From: an uncultured Candidatus Rokubacteria bacterium
Lineage (GTDB): Bacteria > Methylomirabilota > Methylomirabilia > Rokubacteriales > DASRDR01
Direction: 5' to 3'
Assembly: GCA_963826115.1 (NCBI GenBank)
Contig: CAWGVS010000005.1
Coordinates: 1,760,001 to 1,824,000 of the forward strand
DNA length: 64,000 nucleotides
Shown in pieces: positions 19,149-27,850 of this stretch; within the stretch, counting starts at the first letter, position 1; each line of letters opens with the position of its first letter. The notes beneath the pieces are model-generated. The model did no database searches. It saw only the letters and a list, made by a program, of their open reading frames with translations, and was not told the DNA's origin. The translations under genes and the position numbers were made by a program.

Positions 19149-20309
19149 GTGCGCGGGCTCCTGTTCCTCGTCGCCCTGATCGTCCTCGTCGACACGGTCT
19201 TCTTCGCCGTGCTCTCCCCGCTCCTGCCCACCTACGCGGCGAGCCTCGGGCTCTCGAAGGGCGCGGCCGGCCTCCTCGGCGGCGCGTTCGCCGCCGGCGT
19301 GTTCGTGGCAGCCGTCCCGAGCGGCCTCCTCGCGGCACGACTCGGGCTCCGCCCGACGCTGGTCCTCGGGCTCGGCCTGACCGCGGTCACGAGCGTCCTC
19401 TTCGGGCTCGCGGACTCCTACGGCCTCCTCGTGCTCACCAGGTTCGGCGCGGGCCTCGGGAGCGCGTGCTCGTGGACGGCCGCAGTGGGCTGGCTCGCCC
19501 GCGCGGCGCCGCCCGAGCGCCGCGGGGAGATGATCGGCTTCGCGATCTCCGCGGCGGTGGCCGGAGCGTTCCTCGGCCCCGTGCTGGGCGCCGCCGCCGG
19601 GTGGGCGGGCACCGGACCTGCCTTCGGCGCCATCGCCGCGGGGGCCGCGGCGCTCGCCGGCCGCGTCGTGATGCTCCGGGAGCCGGACGCGCCGCCTCGC
19701 GGCGTGGCCATGACCGCGGCGCTCCGCATCCCCTCGCTCCGCGTGCCGTTCGGTCTCATCGTGCTGGCGCCGCTCCTCTTCGCGGTCCTTGGCGTCCTCG
19801 TGCCGCTGTCGCTCGGCGCCCGCGGCTGGGGCGCCGCGCGCCTCGGCGTCCTCTACGCGGCGGCCGCCGCCCTGGAGGCGGTCGTGCACCCGCTGCTCGG
19901 ACGCTGGGCGGACCGTCAGGGGGCCTACGCGCCGGTGGCCTCCGGGCTCGTGGGCTCGATCGCCGTGCTCGCGGCGCTCGCCCTGTCGGAGCCCTCGTGG
20001 CTCATCGCGGGCCTCGCCGTGGCCGCGGCAATCACGTTCGGCGCCACCCTCGTCCCCGGCATGGCCCTCCTCACGCGGGCCGCCGACGCGGCGGGTCTCG
20101 ACGGCGTCCTCGCGATCGCGCTCGCCAACCTGGCGTGGGCGCTCGGTCACGCGGTCGGCTCGCCCTTCTGCGGCTGGCTGGCCGACCGCGCCGGCGACAC
20201 CGTCACGTACCTCGCGTTCGCGATCCTGTGCGTCGGGGTCCTGGCCAGCCTCCACCGCGGGCGCCGCGCCCTGGCCGCGAGCCCGCCCGCAGAGGCGCTC
20301 GCGCCTTGA
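19149..20309 (+). CDS. MFS transporter
   Basis: About 12 TMs; G.LA.R.G.R and GRWADRQG motifs. Confidence 0.9.
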   Translation: MRGLLFLVALIVLVDTVFFAVLSPLLPTYAASLGLSKGAAGLLGGAFAAGVFVAAVPSGLLAARLGLRPTLVLGLGLTAVTSVLFGLADSYGLLVLTRFGAGLGSACSWTAAVGWLARAAPPERRGEMIGFAISAAVAGAFLGPVLGAAAGWAGTGPAFGAIAAGAAALAGRVVMLREPDAPPRGVAMTAALRIPSLRVPFGLIVLAPLLFAVLGVLVPLSLGARGWGAARLGVLYAAAAALEAVVHPLLGRWADRQGAYAPVASGLVGSIAVLAALALSEPSWLIAGLAVAAAITFGATLVPGMALLTRAADAAGLDGVLAIALANLAWALGHAVGSPFCGWLADRAGDTVTYLAFAILCVGVLASLHRGRRALAASPPAEALAP

Positions 20310-20334
20310 CCTCGCCCCCGCGCGTCCCTACGAT
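20306..20334 (+). promoter_or_regulatory. Sigma70-like promoter of ridA-like gene
   Basis: TTGACC-N17-TACGAT. Confidence 0.5.
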
Positions 20335-20388
20335 GGCCGGGCCGTGAGATCGGCCGTCCGCACCCCGTCCCGCCAGCAAGGAATCCCG

Positions 20389-20904
20389 ATGGGAGCTGAG
20401 GCGCGCCTGAAGGCTCTGGGCATCGAGCTGCCCGTCCCGCCGCGTCCGATGGCGGCGTACGCCAACGCCGCGCGCTCGGGGAACCTGCTGTTCGTTTCGG
20501 GCCACGGGCCGGTGCGGAACGGACGCATCACCCATCGGGGCAGGGTCGGCGACGATCTCACGATCGAGCAAGGCCGGGAGGCGGCGAGACTGACAGGGTT
20601 GAACCTGCTCGCCTCGGTGCGCGAAGCGCTCGGGAGCCTCGATCGCGTCCGCCGGATCGTCAAGGTGCTCGGCATGGTGCAGTGCACCGACGACTTCACC
20701 GAGCATCCACGGGTCATCAACGGCTTCTCCAACCTCATGGTCGAGGTCTTCGGCGAGGCGGGCCGACATGCCCGGTCCGCCGTCGGCATGGGCTCGCTGC
20801 CCTTCGGCATGTCGGTGGAGATCGAGATGATCATCGAAGTCTCCGGCGCCGCCGCCCGCCGGTCGCGGCCCTCGCGGCCCGCCGCGCGCGGCCGGCGCCG
20901 CTAG
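20389..20904 (+). CDS. RidA/YjgF-family protein (endoribonuclease L-PSP-like subfamily)
   Basis: LFVSGHGP, VINGFS, GRHARSAVG, VEIE. Confidence 0.92.
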   Translation: MGAEARLKALGIELPVPPRPMAAYANAARSGNLLFVSGHGPVRNGRITHRGRVGDDLTIEQGREAARLTGLNLLASVREALGSLDRVRRIVKVLGMVQCTDDFTEHPRVINGFSNLMVEVFGEAGRHARSAVGMGSLPFGMSVEIEMIIEVSGAAARRSRPSRPAARGRRR

Positions 20905-21503
20905 GCCGGGCCACGGCTCCCTCGCGTCGCGCGCGCCGTCGACCGCGACGTGATCCCCTGGCCGGCATCACACCGACCGCGCCGTCGGATCAGTACGTGC
21001 AGGCGGTTCCGTCCGGACGCCGGCTCTTCGTGTCCGGGCACGACCCGGAGCGCGGCGGCCGGCTGGTCTACCGTGGATGGGCGGGCCAGGCGGTCCCGAT
21101 CGCGCGGACCGGCGACGCCCTCCGTCTCGCGACCCTCAACGCCCTCGCCTCGGCCCGGGCCGCCTCGGGCTCGCTGGAGCGCCTCCGGTGCGTGGCGCTG
21201 ACGGCCTTCGTCTCGACGGCCACCCCGGCGGGGCTGGACCCGAAGCTCCTCCGGCCGAGCCTTGCGACGGTGGCGAGCGTCCTCGGCGTCGCGACGCGGC
21301 CGGCCGTGTGGCTCCGCCCCGCCCAGGGCCTGGCGGGCGGCATGACGGTCGAGGTCGAGCTCCTGCTCGAGCTCCGCGGCGGCGGCGGACGCCGGCGGGC
21401 GCCGCGCTCTCCCGTCACTCCACGCCGGCGAGGCCGCCCTCGAGGGCGAGGAGGCCCGGCAGGCGCTCGAGCGCCTCGGCGATCCGCGGCCCGTACCAGC
21501 TGA
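20905..21503 (+). pseudogene. Second, divergent RidA-like domain with no canonical start codon
   Basis: The frame encodes Y.QAV..G..LFVSGHDP, LATLNALA and L.GGMTVEVEL. No in-frame ATG/GTG/TTG lies between the ridA stop and the start of this domain; 5' boundary approximate. Confidence 0.55.
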
Positions 21504-22263
21504 GGAGCTTGCCGTCGATCAGCCGCACGCGGCCCGTCTGGACCGCCGGCACGTCGGTCAGCGGCTCGAAGTCGCGGCGGTGGATCGCGCGGAACCGGTA
21601 CGGCTCGTCCGGGAGCAGGATCACCGCCGGCGCCGCCGCGCGGACTTCCTCGAGGGTCACCTCCGGATAGCGCGCGGGGCTCGCCCCGAACACGTTGTCG
21701 CCGCCGCAGGTCCGCAGCGCGTCGTGGACGTACGTGTCGCGGTTGACCGTCATGTACGGCCGGCGCCAGATCGGGCAGAAGACGCGGACACGCGGCCGCG
21801 CCGACGCCCGGGCGAGGGCCTGCGCGCGCGCCGCCTCGAGCGAATCCGCCATCGCCGTCGCGGCCTCGATCGCGTCGGTGAGCACGCCCAGCTGTCGCAC
21901 GAGCTCGATGCCCTCCGCCACCGTCCGCGGGAACGCGACCCACACCGGAACACCCGCCGCCCGCAGCGCCTCGACGACCTCGCGCCGGTTCTCCTCCATG
22001 TTGGCCACCACGAGGTCCGGCGCGAGAGCCAGGATGCGCGCGGGGTCGGGATCCTTCTCGCGGCCGACCTTGGCCACCCGGCCCACCCGATCCCGCGGCT
22101 CCGTGCAGAAGATGGTCACGCCGGCGATGCGGTCCTCGAGCCCGAGCGCGAACAGGAGCTCCGTGATGCTGGGGACGAGTGACACGATGCGCGCGGGGCG
22201 GGCCGGCACGGCGACGAGCGCCCCGCTCGCGTCCCGTCGCGGCACCGGGCCGGAGCCCGTCAC
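21415..22263 (-). CDS. Helical-backbone metal receptor (BtuF/TroA-like), no obvious signal peptide
   Basis: RIVSLVPSITELLFALG, PDLVVAN.EEN, LPDEPYRF, DGKLLSWYGPR. Confidence 0.85.
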   Translation of the reverse strand: MTGSGPVPRRDASGALVAVPARPARIVSLVPSITELLFALGLEDRIAGVTIFCTEPRDRVGRVAKVGREKDPDPARILALAPDLVVANMEENRREVVEALRAAGVPVWVAFPRTVAEGIELVRQLGVLTDAIEAATAMADSLEAARAQALARASARPRVRVFCPIWRRPYMTVNRDTYVHDALRTCGGDNVFGASPARYPEVTLEEVRAAAPAVILLPDEPYRFRAIHRRDFEPLTDVPAVQTGRVRLIDGKLLSWYGPRIAEALERLPGLLALEGGLAGVE

Positions 22264-22327
22264 CGGTCGCCCTGCCGCGGGCGCGGCGGGGGAGCCGGCA
22301 GCGCCGGCATCCCGCGCGAGCCGGTCG

Positions 22328-22738
22328 TCAGGGCTCCGCGTCCGTCGCGGGCCGGGAGATGATCCGGCGCCCGATGAGCTCCAGCGCGAGGATCACGAAC
22401 ATCGCGACGACGATCGCGATCGCCACGGCGGCGGCGACGGGGTCCCCGCCGGGCGCCAGCTCCTTCGCGCGCGCGGCCAGCTCGGCCCGCTCGGCGGGCG
22501 TGAGGCGCTCCCAGAGCGCGGTCGCGTCCGCCTCCGACACCCCGAGCGCGGCCAGCTCGGCCCGGACGGCGCGCTCGTCGAGGAGCGCCCGCGCCCGGTC
22601 GAGGTCGCCCGTCGCGGCGTCCTCGCGCGCCGGCGGCAGCGGCGCGGCGTCGACCCGTGGCGCCGCGCCGATCGTGACCCCCCACAGGACGACGAGCCAC
22701 ACGAGCCAGCGCGGACGGAGCAGCCGATCTCGGGCCAT
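22328..22738 (-). CDS. PA2779-family exported/membrane protein
   Basis: Signal peptide, V.AELAALGV, LT..E..ELA....L..GGD, C-terminal TM. Confidence 0.7.
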   Translation of the reverse strand: MARDRLLRPRWLVWLVVLWGVTIGAAPRVDAAPLPPAREDAATGDLDRARALLDERAVRAELAALGVSEADATALWERLTPAERAELAARAKELAPGGDPVAAAVAIAIVVAMFVILALELIGRRIISRPATDAEP

Positions 22739-22750
22739 GGGCGGCCGGGC

Positions 22751-22858
22751 TCAGGCGCCGCGGCGGAGAGCCGCCGCCAGCGCGGCGCGCGCGTCCTCGC
22801 CGTCCGTCACCGCCATGCCGAAGACACCGAGGAGCCGCAGCGTCGAGTCTTCGGCCAT
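22751..22858 (-). CDS. 35-aa small ORF (MAEDSTLRLLGVFGMAVTDGEDARAALAAALRRGA)
   Basis: Not in the ORF track. ATG 22858 follows a GGAGGA RBS immediately after the upstream stop; GC3-rich codons; fills the gap between co-oriented genes. Confidence 0.5.
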   Translation of the reverse strand: MAEDSTLRLLGVFGMAVTDGEDARAALAAALRRGA

Positions 22859-22859
22859 C

Positions 22860-23237
22860 TCAGTCCTCCACCAGCTCGGGGACCGCCTGCCAGCGCGCCG
22901 GCCCCTCGGGCTTGAAGTTCTTGGTGTTCACGAAATGCATGCCGTGGTGGATGTTGAGCTTGAACTTCCCGCCGCCGAACCGCTCCCGAATGAACGACTC
23001 GGGCGCCTCCAGGAACGGGCGCATCTCGTCGCCGCGAAGCCGCAGGAGCCGCTTGAAGCGCACCGTCCCCTGCCACGGCTCCTGGACGAGGATGGTGCAG
23101 GAAAGGTCGCGCCAGAGGCGCGCCACCTCGTCGAGCGTGTCCCGGGGCGTCGGATTGCTCGTGCCGCGGTCCTCGAGGGATCGATCGACGTAGTCCTCGA
23201 TCAGCACCCACGCCCAGGCGGGGATCAGGTCGCTCAC
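22860..23237 (-). CDS. Hypothetical cytoplasmic protein
   Basis: Normal composition and codon bias; TATAAT 8 nt upstream of the GTG. Confidence 0.75.
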   Translation of the reverse strand: MSDLIPAWAWVLIEDYVDRSLEDRGTSNPTPRDTLDEVARLWRDLSCTILVQEPWQGTVRFKRLLRLRGDEMRPFLEAPESFIRERFGGGKFKLNIHHGMHFVNTKNFKPEGPARWQAVPELVED

Positions 23238-23396
23238 AGCCCGGTATTATAGGCCCCGGCCCAGCCGATGGCGCCCGACGGTTCACTCCCGGCGCCTGCC
23301 GATTCCCTTGCGCCCGGTCGACGGAGAAGGCTAGAGTGTCCGCCAGGCCTGGCGCGCCGGCCCGGCAAGCCGTGCCCGCGCGCGAAGGGGGGAAAA

Positions 23397-23999
23397 GTGT
23401 CGCAGCTCGGGGATCTGGATCGCGAGAGCGAGCGGCTCCTGTTCCACGTCGTGCGCGCCGTGGCCGACGCGACCCACGCCGGCGATCCGTACATGGCGGG
23501 CCATTCGTCCCGGGTGGCCGCCTACTGCGACAAGCTGGCGGAGTCCATGGAGCTGCCGCCCCGCGAGCGCCTGATGCTGTTCGTCGCCGCGGCGTTCCAC
23601 GACGTCGGATACCTCTCGACGCCCGAGTACATCCTGCGCAAGCCCTCGGTGCTCGCCGAGGACGAGATGGAGGAGGTCCGGGTCCATCCCGTGCGCGGCG
23701 CCGAGGTCTTCGGTACCCAGCCGATCCTGGCCGAGATCGCCCGAGCCGTCCGGCACCACCACGAGCGGTTCGACGGGAGCGGGTACCCCGAGGGGCTCCG
23801 CGGCGACGAGATCCCGCTGTTCTCCCGGATCATCCTGGTCGCCGAGACCTACGAGGCCATGACGCACCACCGCCCCTACCGGCGGGCCCTCTCGGCGGAG
23901 GAGGCAACGCGTCGCCTCCAGGAGAGCGCCGGGTCCCAGCTCGACCCCGAGATCGTCAAGCACTTCCTGGCGATCCTGGGCGCCGAGCCGAGCGCCTAG
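23397..23999 (+). CDS. Stand-alone HD-GYP cyclic-nucleotide phosphodiesterase
   Basis: GHS.RVA, FHDVG, HHERFDGSGYP.GL.G..IP, RPYR; GTG 23397 after GGGGG. Confidence 0.9.
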   Translation: MSQLGDLDRESERLLFHVVRAVADATHAGDPYMAGHSSRVAAYCDKLAESMELPPRERLMLFVAAAFHDVGYLSTPEYILRKPSVLAEDEMEEVRVHPVRGAEVFGTQPILAEIARAVRHHHERFDGSGYPEGLRGDEIPLFSRIILVAETYEAMTHHRPYRRALSAEEATRRLQESAGSQLDPEIVKHFLAILGAEPSA

Positions 24000-24000
24000 G

Positions 24001-25224
24001 TCAGGGCTTCTTCGGCTGCTGGCGCTGCTGTAGGTTCTTCAGCAGGCGCTCGGCCTGGTCGATGTTCTTCTTCGCGTTGACGTGGTCCGGGTCGTACTCC
24101 AGCACGGCCTTCCACTGCGTGATCGCGTCCTCGAGCTTCTCCTCGCGGTAGAGCTGGAGCCCCTGCGCGTAGTGCTGCTGCGCGGCGCTCGTCCGCGCCT
24201 GCTTGAGCAAGGTCGGCGAGTCCTGGTAGGTGGGGGTCAGCCGCGTCAGCTGGACCAGCGTCTTGACGGAGTCGTCGTACTTCTTCTGGCCGAACTGGCT
24301 CTTCCCGAGCCCGTACAGGACGGCCTTCTTGAGCTCGACCGCGTCGGGGTTCTGGGCGTTGCTGGCGAGGACCCGGTCCACGTCCGCAAGCGCCACCTGG
24401 AACTCCCCCTTCTCGAGCGACTCCCGCGCGCCCACGAGGAGAGGGTTGATCTCGACCGTCTCGGTCGGACGCGCCGTGTCGGGCGGGGCCGCGTCGGGAC
24501 GCGCCGCCGGCTCCGGCGGCTTCGGCCGGAGCTCCGGCAGCACGAAGGGCACGCCAGGGATCTCCGGGATCTTGAGCGTCATGCCAGCGGTGAGCCGCGG
24601 GTTCGGCGGCAGCTGATTCGTCTCCCAGATCACCTCGGAGCGCGCGCGGTCCCCGTAGTAGCGCTCGGCGATCGTCGCCAGCGTCTCCCCGGCCTTGACC
24701 GTGTGCGGGACGAAACGGATCTCCTTGACGTCGTTCTGGATCGCCGAGAAGGCCGCCTGGTTCGTGGGGTCCATCGCCAGCACGGCGAGGAAGTGCCGCC
24801 GAGCCTCGAGGTTGTCGCCCTTCGCCAGGGCGTCCTTCCCCTGGCCGAGGCGCTCGGTGACCGTTCGCTCGAGGCGCGCCTCCAGCTGCCGGCGCCCGTC
24901 CTTCGCCAGCCTGGTCGTTCGGGTCGATCGTGAGCGCGATCTTCCACTCGTCGAGGGCCTGCCGGAGGTCGCCGCTGCCCTCGAGCCGCCGCGCGCGGTC
25001 CTTGTGTCCCGCCGCCAGCTGCTGACGCGGCGACAGGGGCACCGGCGCGGGAGCGACCGCGGACGGCGGCGGCGCGACAGGTGCGGGCGCGGCGGGCGTC
25101 GCCGAGGGCGCGGCGGGGCGGGGCCCGGCGTCGCCGCCGGCGGCGGGGTCGCGGCGGCGCAGGCGCCCAGGAGGAGGGCCAGGACGCCGACGAGGACGGT
25201 TCGGAGACGTCGTCCCATGCTCAC
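24001..25224 (-). CDS. LysM + TPR lipoprotein (two compensating single-base frameshifts near 25113 and 24910)
   Basis: Lipobox LLGAC; LysM HTVKAGETLATIAERYYGD..N.L..L.AG..LKIP; TPR helices. Segment 24910-25113 reads sensibly only in the 23996..25042 frame (PAP linker, ALDEWKIALTIDP). Confidence 0.8.
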   Translation of the reverse strand: MSMGRRLRTVLVGVLALLLGACAAATPPPAATPGPAPPRPRRRPPRPHLSRRRRPRSLPRRCPCRRVSSWRRDTRTARGGSRAAATSGRPSTSGRSRSRSTRTTRLAKDGRRQLEARLERTVTERLGQGKDALAKGDNLEARRHFLAVLAMDPTNQAAFSAIQNDVKEIRFVPHTVKAGETLATIAERYYGDRARSEVIWETNQLPPNPRLTAGMTLKIPEIPGVPFVLPELRPKPPEPAARPDAAPPDTARPTETVEINPLLVGARESLEKGEFQVALADVDRVLASNAQNPDAVELKKAVLYGLGKSQFGQKKYDDSVKTLVQLTRLTPTYQDSPTLLKQARTSAAQQHYAQGLQLYREEKLEDAITQWKAVLEYDPDHVNAKKNIDQAERLLKNLQQRQQPKKP

Positions 25225-26330
25225 CGGATCGGCTCCTCGCTGAACACGGTCAGGTTGCGGATGAAGTCATCCATGTTCATCTCGGAGTAGATCTGCGCAC
25301 GGTGGATCGTCAGGATCGGCGTGAACGAGGGGTTCCCCTGCCGGCGCACGTCGAGGGCCGCGAGGTACCCCGCCTCCCGGACGCGCTTGACCACGCCCTC
25401 GTCGTGCGAGCCGTATGGATAGGCGAGGATGCGGACCGGCTGCCCGATGCGCTGCTGGAAGATGGCGAGCGGCTGCACGAGCTCTGCCTGCATGCGCCGA
25501 TTGTAGTCCTCTTCGGACTCGTTCGCCTTCTTGCGCATGTCGTCGTGGGTCTTCGAGTGCGCCTGGATGTCGAACCCTTCCTGGGCGAGCTCCTTCAGCT
25601 CCGGCCACGACATGGCGATCCGTGCGCCGATGAAGTCCGTGTAGATGAACAGCGTCGCGGGGTATCCGAGCTCCTTGAGGATCGGGTACGCGTACTCCTT
25701 GAAGGACTTCCAGCCGTCATCGAACGTCAGGACGACCGTCTTCCTCGGGAGCTGCTGCTTGAGGGACGCGAACTCGATGAACTGCCGGAGCGTGATGACG
25801 TGGTACCCCTCGCGCTTGAGGTACCGCATCTGCTCCTCGAACGCGCTCGCGGACATGAGCAGGCGCCCGCGCGTCTGCGGCCCGAGGTTGTGGTAGCAGA
25901 GGATCGGCACCAGCTGGTACCCGCGCGCCTCCACGCCGGCCGGGTTCCACGGGCGCTTGGGGATCACGACCTCCCGGCCCGGCGTGAACGTCGCGGTGCC
26001 GTTGTAGTCCTCGACCATCCAGGCCTTGGCCGGGTCCCCGAGGTAACGCCGCGCGAGGCCTTCCGCCGTGTCCCCGGTCTTGGCGAGCACGATGACGAAG
26101 TCGTCGGACTCGAAGGCCTCGGGAAGCGGCTCCACGGGCCCGGGCGGCGGCGCCGGCCGCGCGGCCGGCGCGGGGGCCGGGCGGGTCGCGGCGGCGGGAC
26201 CCGACGCGGGGGCCGCGGGGGCCGGAGCCGGCGCAGCCCCGGTGGACGCGGGAGGCGCAGCCGCGCAGGCGGCCAGGAACCCCACCGCGATCGTCAGTAC
26301 GAGCCACCGCACCACGTGAACCCTCACCAT
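25221..26330 (-). CDS. LysM-containing polysaccharide deacetylase (CE4/NodB) lipoprotein
   Basis: Lipobox FLAAC, Pro/Ala linker, LysM-like GDTAEGLARRYLGD, VPILCYH, LTFDDG, HSKTH, AYPYG. Confidence 0.9.
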   Translation of the reverse strand: MVRVHVVRWLVLTIAVGFLAACAAAPPASTGAAPAPAPAAPASGPAAATRPAPAPAARPAPPPGPVEPLPEAFESDDFVIVLAKTGDTAEGLARRYLGDPAKAWMVEDYNGTATFTPGREVVIPKRPWNPAGVEARGYQLVPILCYHNLGPQTRGRLLMSASAFEEQMRYLKREGYHVITLRQFIEFASLKQQLPRKTVVLTFDDGWKSFKEYAYPILKELGYPATLFIYTDFIGARIAMSWPELKELAQEGFDIQAHSKTHDDMRKKANESEEDYNRRMQAELVQPLAIFQQRIGQPVRILAYPYGSHDEGVVKRVREAGYLAALDVRRQGNPSFTPILTIHRAQIYSEMNMDDFIRNLTVFSEEPIR

Positions 26331-26380
26331 CGACTTCTCCTTCACGTCGCGTCCCGCCGGACCGCGCGCATCCAATCGTC

Positions 26381-27805
26381 TCATGCGCCCTGGGCAAGCC
26401 CCAGGACCTCGTAGACCTCGATCTGCTCTTCCTTGCCCTTCACCCGGATCACCCCCAGCGTGCGCACGTTGACCACGCCTTCGACCCGCTGGTAGGTGCG
26501 GTGACTGATGAGGATCTGCCCTGGCTTCGCGTTAGACTCGAGCCGCGCCGCCAAATTCACGCTGTCGCCGATCACGGTGTACTCCATCCGGTCCTCGGTC
26601 CCCACCGTCCCGGCGACCGCCTCGCCGGCGCTCACGCCGATGCCGACCGCGATCGGGTCCTTGCCCTCCCGCGCGCGCTTCCGCGACAGCTCGGCCACGG
26701 CAGCCTGCATCGCGACCGCCGTCTTGACCGCGCGGGCCGGATGGTCCTCGTGGACGATGGGGGCCCCGAAGATCGCCATGACCCCGTCCCCGAGAAACTT
26801 GTCCACGATCCCGTCGTTCTTCGCCGTGGTGTCGACCATCAGCGTGTAGAAGTCGTTCAGCACCCCGACGACCTCCTCGGGCGACAGGCGCTCGGCGAGC
26901 GACGTGAATCCCCGCATGTCGCAGAACAGGACCGTGACGTCGCGGCGCTCTTCCTTGAGAGCAAGCTTCTCGGGATCCTTCAGGATCTCGTCCACGACCT
27001 GGCGAGCGACGTACCGCGTGAAGGCCCTCTTGATCATCTCCTTCTCGCGGAGGTTCTTCGCCATCTGGTTGAAGGACTCGGTCAGGGCGCCGATCTCGTC
27101 CCTCGAGGTCACCGGGAGGTGGATCTGGAAGTTGCCCGCCGCGACCTCGCGCGTCCCCTCGACCAGACGCATGACGGGCCCCGAGAGCACCGTCGCCAGC
27201 CCGAGCGCCCCGAGGACTCCGAGGACGACCATGGCGGCGCTGATCACGATCGTGGAGTTCCGCGCGGTGGCCACCGCCTGGTCGATGGGCTTCCGGCTGA
27301 AGCCCAGGTAGAGCGAGCCGACCGAGACCTTGCTGAAGACCAGGGGCACCGCGAAGTCGATGACCTTCCCGTGCTTGGGATCGACGTAGGGCGTGACCTG
27401 GGTCTCGCCCACCGCCATCGGGAGGCCTTCCGACCGCTGGACCCGCTGACCGATCTGCGAGAGGTCGGGGTGCGCCACCACCTTGCCGTCGGCGTCCGCG
27501 AAGACCACGTAGACGACGTCGGGGTCCTTCATCGCGTCCTGCACCAGGAGCGACAACGTCAGGTCGTCGTTCGACAGGATGGGGTTCTTCGACGCGTTCG
27601 CCAGATCGCGGGCGATGGTCCGGCCCCGCTTGCTCATCTCGTGCGTCAGGCTCTCCTGCTCCTGCCGCACGAGGAAGACGCTCACCAGCAGAACCGTGAG
27701 CACGACCAGCGTGGTGATGAGGAGGGTGAGCTTGACCTTCAGGGACAGCCGCAGCCCCGCCGGCTCCTTCTCGTCGACCACCACCACCTTTTGCTCGGCC
27801 GCCAT
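26381..27805 (-). CDS. Membrane class III adenylate cyclase (TM-periplasmic sensor-TM-HAMP-CYC)
   Basis: VLFCDMRGFT, DKFLGDG (Lys for ATP specificity), EYTVIGDSVNLAARLE; HAMP DEIGALTESFNQM. Confidence 0.93.
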   Translation of the reverse strand: MAAEQKVVVVDEKEPAGLRLSLKVKLTLLITTLVVLTVLLVSVFLVRQEQESLTHEMSKRGRTIARDLANASKNPILSNDDLTLSLLVQDAMKDPDVVYVVFADADGKVVAHPDLSQIGQRVQRSEGLPMAVGETQVTPYVDPKHGKVIDFAVPLVFSKVSVGSLYLGFSRKPIDQAVATARNSTIVISAAMVVLGVLGALGLATVLSGPVMRLVEGTREVAAGNFQIHLPVTSRDEIGALTESFNQMAKNLREKEMIKRAFTRYVARQVVDEILKDPEKLALKEERRDVTVLFCDMRGFTSLAERLSPEEVVGVLNDFYTLMVDTTAKNDGIVDKFLGDGVMAIFGAPIVHEDHPARAVKTAVAMQAAVAELSRKRAREGKDPIAVGIGVSAGEAVAGTVGTEDRMEYTVIGDSVNLAARLESNAKPGQILISHRTYQRVEGVVNVRTLGVIRVKGKEEQIEVYEVLGLAQGA

Positions 27806-27850
27806 CCCCTCTCCTTCGCGCGGCCCGCCGCGCGCTGCCAGATCGCCGAT

